DNA from: Utricularia gibba
Taxonomy: Eukaryota; Plantae; Magnoliophyta
Assembly (NCBI GenBank): GCA_002189035.1
Contig: NEEC01000010.1
Coordinates: 620,001 to 684,000, forward strand
DNA length: 64,000 nucleotides
Direction of reading: 5' to 3'
Below the pieces are notes generated by a model. It searched no databases. It was not told the DNA's origin and worked only from the letters and a program-made list of their open reading frames with translations. Below are positions 12,931 through 22,729 of this stretch, in pieces; position 1 is the first letter of the stretch; each line of letters starts with the position of its first letter. Both the position numbers and the translations under genes were made by a program.

Positions 12931-14436
12931 AAGGGGTAAAATCTTCCATGGACACGTTTCATGTTCCAGTGGATCTCTCCAACCACCCCCCACCTTGATG
13001 AGAAAGCACCTGTGGTTTGCTTGTCGCCACACAAAAACAAGCGATTTCCCTTTTAGTTATTCTATTTTCGATTTTCTCTTGTATTGTTTTTCTTTTCTTC
13101 TTTCTCCTCAATAAGTGCAGGTGCAATGGATACTTTCGAGGAAAAATCCCACACTATTTGACACATGATGAAAGGTAAGTGTTTCTACCCATCTTGAGGA
13201 CAATATGTCATTTAAGTGTGGGGGGGGGGGATAGTTTACTTTTTAGATTGTTTTTTTTTTACCTTTAATAATTTTTTTCGAAATTTGACATATATTTCAT
13301 TGATGAACTCCTTGCATTTTATGTTTTGCTGGAACCTAGGCATCTGTTTTTGGTATTTTTTTTCGAGATAGTTGCTGTAAATTAGAATTTTGGTATGCCT
13401 GTTGTTATGTTGTTTCTTGGCATGCTGTTTAATTTCTGTCCCTTGCGCAAGCTACATAGCCCTAGTTTCTTGGTGAGGAGACCATTTCCTTTTCATTATG
13501 AGTGACTTGAATGCAGAATGATCATAGACTTGCTCTTGTGCATATTGCTGAGTTTTTTTTACAGGTCTTGTGCAAAAGGATTGAGGCACTAGGATTTGTC
13601 TTGTTTTATCCCAATATCCCACCTTGAATCCACTTAGTGAGCTCCACTTGGCCTGAAACCTTTTATTTGGGTCACCACATTAGAAGCCAAATACGTTTTG
13701 ACAATTATAGCCTACATCAATTTCTCTTGACCCAAGGAATGAGCATCTAGAAAATAGTTTTGTTCGTTTGCTTGCGCAAGTTGCTGAACCAAGAACTCTA
13801 TTACAAAGAAGAAAAGTTGAGAGCAATTTTCAATTCACTGATGAAGCTCTATCTCAACAATTTATGAAAAGATTTTCAATAACATCCTATCCAAGAGAGA
13901 GTTGATTCCCAAAAAAAGAAAGAGAAAAAAAAAGAAAAAGAGAAGAAGATGATGAGAAGAAGAGAGAAAAGAGGCTGAAAGGTTGGAACAAGCCACAAAA
14001 CTGAAAAAGGAGTTTCTTGGAGTACGAAAATCAAAGGACAAGCATGACATAACTGTTTGATGGATGCTCACTCCTTATTACCTATGAAATGGAGACTCCG
14101 GCCAAATTTCCCACCTATCCCAAGCTGCTGCCGCACTACAACCTGAGAAAAAGACCTCATGATTGCGCAAGCTTGCTGAAACCAGTGGATCACTTGCGCA
14201 AGTTTATTGACTCGCCTACATTTAGGTATTGAGTGAACCTTTTTATTTTACCCTCTTATGGATTTCTCTTCTTGAGCATATTGAGTGACACCTATGAGGA
14301 GAAGCCACATGCAAGGGGAGCTAGTGTATGGTATGCCATTGAGCAACTTATGCATATTGTTGCCTTAACTCTATTTGCAAGTTACTATTTTGAAGGAAAG
14401 TGCCTTGAACAATTGCTTGAGGACAAGCAAACATTT

Positions 14437-14450
14437 AAGTGTGGGGGAGT
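14437..14450 (+). other. Polypurine tract (a second PPT-like tract lies at 13214-13230)
   Basis: AAGTGTGGGGGAGT directly before TGATAAC; internal copy AAGTGTG followed by a G run. Confidence 0.8.
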
Positions 14451-14988
14451 TGATAACTGATTTTGTGTCGCTTATATTTGTGCTTTTTAGGACTCACTTA
14501 AATGGGTTTTTGCATTCTTTTTATCCCACTTCTTTATATTTTTAGGAGAATTTTATATCTTTCATACCACTTTGATCTTTTTGGAGGGAACGTGTGTTTT
14601 GTGATTTTTCAGGATAATTTTGGCATAATTTGGGGGATTTTCGAGCTACTTTGATGGAGTCAAAGATTCAGTCTATCTGGATGAACACTCGGTCAAAGAT
14701 TCTTGGATAAAATAAGATTCATATCTTATCTTAGAAAATTTGGATCTCATCGTAGAATATTTGTATCAAATCTTCAAAGATTCGGATAGAAGATTTTATG
14801 TGAGCCCATCAATAAAGCCTGACAAGTCCCCACCATTATATAAAAATCCAAACGCAAAGATCAAAAGGTGAGTCAAGGGGTGGACGACCAAAGAGTCAAT
14901 TTAGGGTTTAGATTTATATCAATTCCCTATGAATACGATCTTATTTTATTATTTCGATGGTTTCTGTACACTTCCAGAATTACCATCA
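14451..14988 (+). repeat. 3' LTR of the Athila element (internally deleted)
   Basis: TG...CA. Lacks ~660 bp equivalent to ~6305-6965 of the 5' LTR. Confidence 0.9.
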
Positions 14989-16429
14989 ATCCCCATTAGG
15001 ATCAGTTATTAAGTTTAAGTTTTATTTTCCATTTTAGTATCTTTAACACTCTTATAAACCCATAATAATTTATAATAGTTTTTGAAAAGTCACTTTTCAT
15101 ACAACTCAATTTCTTTTTATCAACATTTGTGCTGTCTTAATTGTATTTTACTTTTATAATTAAAATTTATTGACGAGAATTTTTAGGAGAGAAGATTCTC
15201 ATCTTTTGTTGGACATATTTAATTAGGTTAGATTATATCTTATATATATTATTTAAATCTTTTAAAATTATCTTTAAATAATTATTTAAGTCTCAAAATC
15301 ATGTATCAAATCTTCATTCTTGGAGTTCCCATTCACTGAATTTTGTGCAATTTTAAACTCACAAATTGTTAGATTTTTATTTCTTTTCAAATTGATTGGT
15401 AAATGTTGTAAAAATCTATAAAATATATTTTCTCATAAAAAAGTAAATAAATATAAAATATATAAATTCAAGTGAAGTTCAAGATAAAATGAATAATAAA
15501 GTAGGTAAAAAAATTTTAATGATATAAAAACATGTTTTGTAATGATCTAAAATTAGTTATCACTTTGCATGACAAAAAACTATAGCTATGGAAGATTTCC
15601 ATATTATATTTGAATCATTTTTCTATTATTTCAATGTTTCAAAAAATACAAGTATAAAAATGAGCCGAATTGGTGAGAATAATGAAGTTGAATAAAAGTA
15701 AAATCAGAAAAAAAATATATTAAAGTAATCATATAAAATTGATGAAGATAAAGTAATATTACTTGTTAATTATGCATTCTTTTTGTTATATTATGTTTTA
15801 TGTGGACTTAAAACTTCATTTCTATAAATTGTTTTATTTTTAATTCATCATTGATAAATGATTTTTTGTTATTCTAAAACATGTTTTTACATCAATGTTT
15901 TGAATTATTTTTACCTAATTTGTATGCTATTTTCTCAAAAAAAAATTATTGATTTAACATATTTTGTATTAATTTGATATTTTACAAAGTAAATTGTATT
16001 TTTTTATTTTTAATACATTTTTTTAGATAAGTTAAGAAAAAAATCAAAACCCAACAATTTATAGTTTTGAGATTGCATGAATTTGAGTCCGAGGAGGTCC
16101 ATAAATGAATATTTGATGCAAAATTTGAAGATTGAATAAGGATTTAATAATAATCTTACAAAATTTAAATAGAAAATAAATTGAAGATATGATACAAGCA
16201 AATCATGCAAATCTAACAAAATATTCATATTTTATTTCTGATAAATATTCCATTCCCTTAATCATTAGATATGTATTTTGATTATTTTTTTCATATATAT
16301 TTTTCATGTTAAGATTTAAATATATACATGTATGCACCTACTGTTAAGGAAAGTTTTGCTTGCTTACATTTCTATTTGTGTGATTATTCTACGTTCTCCA
16401 AAGTTTGATTTCATTTTTTGCAATATTTG

Positions 16430-16740
16430 TTTTGTTAACGTATTCTTGATCACTATAAACCTCTAAGGTAATATAGAAGAATTAGAGATTGGACTAAAAT
16501 ACTAAAATGGAATGGTTCAATTAGACATTATTGTCAAGATACATTCAGTTTAATCATGTTTGCAAGGGTGTGAGTTATAGAGATTGAAATTAAATATAGG
16601 AAAAATATTAATCACAGGAGATAAAAATGATCATAATGATGTGGTTAATTATATAATTTTATGAAACGAGAAACAATGTTACAACAATTATCGAGTAGGA
16701 CTAACTTAGGATAACATTTTCAGAACTTATTCAAATGAGT
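16430..16740 (+). repeat. Degenerate dispersed repeat (other copies ~5130-5380 on -, ~26760-26870, ~54200-54500)
   Basis: Shared blocks CAAGGGT(G/A)TGA, ATTATCAT, GTTAATT(A/T)TATAAT, ACAATTAT(C/T)GAGTAG recognised by eye. Confidence 0.5.
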
Positions 16741-17224
16741 TATTTATAAAGATTTACAGAACAAACTTTTATATAATAGAAAAATTTGATACAAAGCTAT
16801 TTTTATATATTATTTTAAAATCTTTATTTTTATTATTATTGTCATTAATTTTGAATTTTTTAACATAAATCCAAATGATCAATTATTTATTAAAATGATT
16901 TTATTTATTATTTTAACAGATTTTATGTATTTTTAGAATTGACATCAATTATAAAATTATTCATGACATTTATATAATAATATTAATATTAATTAAATAT
17001 AATAAAATCATTTAAAAAGTTATCGAAACTAATTAGATAATAAAATAAATACTTTATTCTTGATTTAATATAAAGTTATATATCATCCTTGACAAATATG
17101 GTACTACCCACGATATGCCTTTTTCTTAGTGGTGTGGATTTTGTTACATTTCGATGCATGGCTCTTTTATCCAACAACCAGGAGTTTTATCAGTAAGCCT
17201 GTAACGAACCTAGAATCTTGTGCA

Positions 17225-19879
17225 TTACCAGTAATCTTTACATGAGCACTCACCAGCGGCAAAGCAGTGAAACCCGGAAGCATCTCGTACATGTATCTCC
17301 CTTTTGCTGACAACTGATGCGAACCTAAAAAAAGAATGGCAATCCCCACAGAGACGGACGTTCTTCATCACCTTCACCGGTCTTCCTGGCTGGTTCTTGA
17401 TGATTGCAAAAGTGACAGCCAGCTTTGCGCTGTGGTACATCAAGAAATTCGTCTTCTGATACTCTTCCACTTCATGGAGGACAAAGCTTGTGTCTGGTTC
17501 ATAACCAGCCTTCATGCATTCTAAGAACAAAATGCTCAGTGCGCTGTTGATGTCTTTTGATTCAGGGTGACGATTGTCTCTGGCAAAGAAGGAATGGACC
17601 TCATTTTGATGTATTGTCCAGCTTCGAGCCGGGAACTTGCGGAATCCTTTGTCCTTCATTTCTCTTTTGACGAGTTCAGAGTAATCCCACTGCCCCCATG
17701 CGGAGTACAGATTTGATTTCAGTATGTAGGCTGATGGCTCCTGTGGCTCAATACTTAGTATTTTCCTGATGGTCCTTTTACCTACTGTGCTATTCTTGTG
17801 AAGGTTGCAACTTTCGAGCAAGGCTTTCCAAACAGATGGCTTCGGCTCGAATGGCATGCTCCTGATGATTCCCTCAGCTTCTTCCAGCAGACCCCATTTA
17901 CCAAATACACCAACTAAAGAGGCATAATGATCTGAACTAGGAACAAGGTTATAGGAGGACTTCATGGAGAGAGAGAATTCATGGCACTGTCGAACCAAGT
18001 TTGACTTGGTGTGCTTATACCCGGTAATAATCAAGGAGCACGTAATAGCATCGGGATGCTGTCCTCTTTCCTTCATTTTACTCCACATGTTCAAGGCCTC
18101 GTCACCCCGCCTACTCAGGATGTAACCAGTCAGCAAACAATTCCATGAAACCGTATCAGGAAAGGATACACTGTTGAAGATCTTAGTTGCCTCTTCCATG
18201 CCACCGCACTTGGAATACATGCTTATCAAACCATTCCCGACTCCTGTATTGAAAAAGAAACCGTTTTTCAGCACATAACAATGAAGCTGCTCACCAAGGT
18301 TCTGAAACCCCAAATCTCCACACACTCCAAGAATCGAAGCCGAGGCAACTTCATCCATGGGCTGGTCTTTGTGTTCCCAAAGCCTCATCAAAGAAATAGC
18401 TTTATCGAGCTCCATGTTTCGAGCATACCCAGAAATCATAGCAGTCATTGTCACTGGGCAACTCTGTTGAAGCCGATGAAATATCTTTTCAGCATCATCT
18501 ATCCTCCCACACCTGGTGCACGTATCAAGTAATGTTGCTGCAATCTTTTCATCAGCGCAACAACCAAGCTTCAGAACAAATGCATGAATCTGTTCACTAT
18601 ACTGCAAATCCCCCAACCGACCACAGGCACGCAAGACACTAGTTATAGTAGACTCATTTAACTCCAAACCCTCCAACATCTTATGGAAATACCTCAATGC
18701 TCGGGAACCATCACCATCGCAACAAAGTCCGGCCAAAAGAGTGTTGAAGGAGATGGCATTCTTCTCAGGCATTCGATCAAAGATATCCACAGCCAAATCA
18801 ACTTTTCCAAACCTCATGTATGCTTTAAGCAATTCAGTCCACGTGAAAACATCTTTAACGGGCATACTGCTAAACAAAGTCTCAACATCATCAATGCATC
18901 CGCACTCAGCATAAAACTCAATAAGCGCATTCCTCACACTCAAATTTCTCTCATAGCCAATTTTATGTGCAAGTCCATGAATTGCCAAGCCTTTTTTCAC
19001 AGAAAAACACTTCGCACTTGCAACAAGGAGACTTGAAAGTGTAAAGTGGTCACATCCATAATCTTCGAATGTCAACATATCATGAAAGAGTTCAAATGCG
19101 CTATAGTAGAATCCACACTTAACCAAACAAGAAAGCACAGTGTTCCAAGACGCAACATCTCTATTGGGAATATCTGCGAACAGATTAGTGACAAAATCCA
19201 GGCGATCGCACTCGCTGTATAATGCCAACACTGCATTGGCAACATACGCACATGCCACATAACCCGTCTTAACTACAAAGGCGTGGACTTGGGAACCCAA
19301 TTCTAAGTCCCTTGAGCGCATACAAGCAGTCAGTAGGGCAACTAGAGTATAGCCGTTGGGTTCAACGCCAGAGTCCCTCATTTGAAAAAATAGCTTCACA
19401 GCATCATTCTCTCTTCGTGATTTTGCAAAGCCAGAAATCATAGCAGTAAATGAAACAACATCTGGGTCGGGAATCGAATTGAAAACTTTCTCGCTATAGG
19501 CTAAGTGACCCAACCCGACATATGATGTGATGAGACAATTCCACAAGCGAATACATTCTTCACTCTTGATAATTGAAGCATGAATTGCTTTACTGAGCTG
19601 AGCATCGCTGTGTTGGGCAGACAGCTTCAGTAAGCGGAAAATTTCAGAGTTGGATAGCGAACGGGATTTATCTAAAGCATCCGGACTAGAAGGACGTTGA
19701 ATGGGTGGCCCCTTGGATAAAGGGAATGATGGGTTAAGATAAGGCTGTACTTGGGAATGGAGAGGAAGGGCTTTAACGTGGGAAACTTTAGAAGGTCGAA
19801 AAGGTTTCCGCTTCCCGCCGGAGAATAATAGACCAGAGTCGGCAGACTGGTAATACGGTTGGGTAAGGGCCGCCGCCAT
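17225..19879 (-). CDS. EMB175: PLS-E-DYW pentatricopeptide repeat protein, 884 aa, intronless; At5g03800/EMB175-like, probably plastid-targeted
   Basis: Uninterrupted ORF with PLS repeats, E domain and terminal CSCKDYW. Segments RDVASWNTV, KDVFTWTE, YILKSNLYSA and YHSAKLAVT match my recollection of At5g03800. Confidence 0.9.
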   Translation of the reverse strand: MAAALTQPYYQSADSGLLFSGGKRKPFRPSKVSHVKALPLHSQVQPYLNPSFPLSKGPPIQRPSSPDALDKSRSLSNSEIFRLLKLSAQHSDAQLSKAIHASIIKSEECIRLWNCLITSYVGLGHLAYSEKVFNSIPDPDVVSFTAMISGFAKSRRENDAVKLFFQMRDSGVEPNGYTLVALLTACMRSRDLELGSQVHAFVVKTGYVACAYVANAVLALYSECDRLDFVTNLFADIPNRDVASWNTVLSCLVKCGFYYSAFELFHDMLTFEDYGCDHFTLSSLLVASAKCFSVKKGLAIHGLAHKIGYERNLSVRNALIEFYAECGCIDDVETLFSSMPVKDVFTWTELLKAYMRFGKVDLAVDIFDRMPEKNAISFNTLLAGLCCDGDGSRALRYFHKMLEGLELNESTITSVLRACGRLGDLQYSEQIHAFVLKLGCCADEKIAATLLDTCTRCGRIDDAEKIFHRLQQSCPVTMTAMISGYARNMELDKAISLMRLWEHKDQPMDEVASASILGVCGDLGFQNLGEQLHCYVLKNGFFFNTGVGNGLISMYSKCGGMEEATKIFNSVSFPDTVSWNCLLTGYILSRRGDEALNMWSKMKERGQHPDAITCSLIITGYKHTKSNLVRQCHEFSLSMKSSYNLVPSSDHYASLVGVFGKWGLLEEAEGIIRSMPFEPKPSVWKALLESCNLHKNSTVGKRTIRKILSIEPQEPSAYILKSNLYSAWGQWDYSELVKREMKDKGFRKFPARSWTIHQNEVHSFFARDNRHPESKDINSALSILFLECMKAGYEPDTSFVLHEVEEYQKTNFLMYHSAKLAVTFAIIKNQPGRPVKVMKNVRLCGDCHSFFRFASVVSKREIHVRDASGFHCFAAGECSCKDYW

Positions 19880-19990
19880 AGACTCAGGCGCCGAGCATCG
19901 TAATAAACCTCCGGCTTTTAACGGGATGTCGTCGTATTACACCATCCATTAGCTTCGTCTCTTGCCGGCAGGGGCGGCGAGGGCCGTTTC

Positions 19991-20050
19991 AGGCCCATAC
20001 TGTTGGGCCTGCAACTACTACAGCTTTAAAAATCCATTGTTGGGCTGGGC
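19991..20050. promoter_or_regulatory. Site II elements (GGCCCA/TGGGCC/TGGGCT) upstream of the PPR gene
   Basis: AGGCCCAtactgtTGGGCCT (inverted pair) and TGGGCTGGGCT. Confidence 0.55.
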
Positions 20051-20771
20051 TACAGTGTTTGAACAGAAAGGGGAGAGGAGGGTGGTCACTCTACTCCATT
20101 TAGGGGGTTGCTTTGCTTCCTTTTCTACGGCTAATGCCTAACCTATCGCACTAATTACAATTATCTACTTAATTAGTTGTGAATGAATCCTGATTAACAT
20201 CTTTGGTGTGCACAATTCCCGAGTACACCCCTAGTGAGGAGGAGGAGAAGGGCAGTCTTGGTGGGGGCATTTTGGGGAATTCATGGAGCCTCCCCAAACG
20301 GCATATGCATCGGTGTTAAGCATGTGGGAAGTGGGCGACTTGTTTTGGATGCCAACTTAAGTCTAAAGAAAGCCGGCTTGTTATCATTTACCAAAAATCA
20401 ACTCCGCCAACTGGCCTCGCACCTTCAAATCTTTTTCTTCTTTTTTATTTTTATTTTCAAAATTTTGAAATAAATCCTTTTGTTGTATGGCATAAGTGTG
20501 GAAAACCCACCTGCCTGCTTTCCCTTTCTTCAGATCCAGCGACTCCAACTCACAGCGATGGTGAGCCATCCCTCCACCATTCCATTTAATCCCTTTCTTT
20601 CCCTTCATGCTTCTTCCTTGTTTCTGAAGCACTCCCTCTCTGTTTCTCTGCAGGTCCCAGTTGTGATGCATAGGGTCGCACAATAGTAAGTCAGTTGCTT
20701 TTCTTGATTCTCTTACCGAAAATGGATTTGATACCGGCATGTGCTCTTTTTTCCGGTGGGTCAAGAGTGAG

Positions 20772-21651
20772 ATGGTGGCGCCGCCGCCGTGGCTGGAACG
20801 GCTGCTGACCACCGGATTCTTCCACGTTTGTCGGAATCACCTCAACTCTTCCCGAAACGAATGCAATATGTTTTGTTTGGATTGTGATGCGGATTCCTTC
20901 TGCTACTACTGCCGCAACGCGAATCACAAGGATCATCAAGTCATTCAGGTTTAGGATTCGATTCCAAAAGACTTCCCCTTTTTCACCCGGCATCGTTGTT
21001 ATTTGGAAGTCTTGTTGCTTTTGTGGGTGAAGATACGGCGCTCATCGTACCACGACGTGGTGAGGGTATCGGAGATCCAGAAGGTTCTAGACATCAGCGG
21101 CGTGCAGACGTATGTGATCAACAGCGCCAGGGTTTTGTTCCTGAACGAGAGACCTCAGCCCAAGGGCTCCAAACCTCCTCCTCCTTCTTCACACGTTTGT
21201 GAAATCTGCAGAAGAACCCTACTCGACACATTCTGCTTCTGCTCCCTTGGGTGCAAGGTAAAACAAGAAAACCGTGAGTTTGTAACAGTTCTGGTACTCT
21301 TTTGAAATTATCCCATGGTTTCACCTTTCCATCGGAGTTCGGGGAGAAAGGATCCGGTCGGTTCTCATGGTAGTGAAAAAAAAAAAAAAAATGGCCCGAC
21401 CCACCTTCAGTACCCGTAGTTGCCTTCTTTCGTGTCAATCAACTCTCCACCATTGATTCACATCTGTGAAGCTCTCTCATTTGCACTTATTATATTCTTA
21501 GTTTGCAGGAACAAAAGCGAGTGTGGGCGGGAGCTCTTCGCCGGATTGCAGACCGAGGCAGCAGCAGGAGGAAGAAGGTTCGGGCTCCTGTTCGAGGTCC
21601 ACGGCCAGAAGACGCAAAGGCATTCCGCAGCGGGCACCTTTTAGGTCCTGA
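20772..21651 (+). CDS. PLATZ zinc-dependent transcription factor (3 exons: 20772-20948, 21033-21257, 21502-21651)
   Basis: PPWLERLL, C-x2-H...[46 protein letters not shown], terminal [14 protein letters not shown]. Phase-0 GT-AG introns. An upstream exon cannot be excluded. Confidence 0.9.
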
Positions 21652-22729
21652 CCTCGGAATATTATTATTACATTCTTAAAGGAATTTATTGTAAGAAATT
21701 GTGACTACATGAAAGTCAAATCAGCATTTTTTTACGGGGTGTTTAAGACAAATGGGGGCAATAATTAGTGGAAGGGAGATAGATGCATGTAATTAAGAAA
21801 TGAAAGCAATGCTTAATGGATTCCACTTCTTCTCACATGGGGAGTTGGAATAAAGAAGAGCAGGCCATAATTAATTTATGTTATCTAGGGATACTTAGTT
21901 CTCATCAATCTAATTACACATTTTATTCTCCTCCCACATTTTCTAACTCCCGCTCTCTCTCTTTATTTTTCTTACATATTTTGCGCGCTCTCTGAACTTA
22001 GATTCTGACAAATTTATCCAAATTCATTTCTCAAATTATTTTTATTAATATTTTACATTATTTATATAATTTTTTGATAATATAACTTTTTAAATGTTTT
22101 TTTAGCAATATTCCATTTTTATATCATTACTGATAAATCACCTTATAATATCTTTTTTGAAATTTAACTTTTTCATGGTTTACTAATAATTACTTTAATT
22201 ATTTATTTTAATATCTTAAATATATATTTATTTGTAATTTAATTTATTCAAGAAATATGGATGGTATTATCAATAAAATAAAATTGCATATTCAATATTT
22301 ATTTAATTTTATTTTTATGAAAAAAAATTCTTTACATATTGCAATCAATAATTTTTGGGGTTCTTCATTTTGAGTGTGATTTGTAAGTTTGTGTATTTTT
22401 TACAATAAAGAAAAATAAAAACAATGTATTGATTATAAAAATGTGTAAATGAGAGTCAATTCCACTTATTCCCAAAAATTATTTCACTAAAAGATGATGC
22501 CAGGGCTTCCCTATGATGGTAAAGTATAAAGCATTTTTTAAATCACCATGAACTATAACTAGGAAAATAATGAGCACTTTGTGCCTTAAGATGCTTAGTT
22601 CACTTACAACAAAATGTGGAGAGCCAAAGTGTAAGTAGTATGTAATCTTTCTTCTTCTTTGCTTGTTAATATATTTGATAAATGATATTTTTGCTTTTAT
22701 TTTTGAATTTCCCAGATTGGAAAAAGGGG

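Larger units (their letters stand above)
6420..14202. repeat. Dispersed 10-bp palindrome CTTGCGCAAG: 12 perfect and 3 one-mismatch copies
   Basis: Perfect copies start at 6420, 7147, 8837, 9988, 10275, 10566, 11201, 11845, 12390, 13442, 13771, 14193. One-mismatch copies at 8858, 12734, 14162. Confidence 0.92.
5905..14988 (+). mobile_element. Ty3/gypsy LTR retrotransposon, Athila lineage, degenerate (~9.1 kb)
   Basis: 5' LTR 5905-7035 and 3' LTR 14451-14988 (~92% identical where alignable, both ending ACCATCA). PBS at 7042, PPT at 14437. Gag-PR-RT-RH-INT order with stops and frameshifts. No TSD found. Confidence 0.93.

Noticed and set aside
6420-14202. Periodic spacing of the CTTGCGCAAG copies (CRISPR-like or nucleosome-phased array)
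   Set aside because: Some gaps pair up (287/291, 635/644), but others are 329, 344, 545, 708, 727, 1151 and 1690 bp. There is no constant period and the spacers are ordinary TE sequence.
17336-19260. Plus-strand ORFs opposite the PPR gene
   Set aside because: Short shadow ORFs of the long CDS with no independent support.
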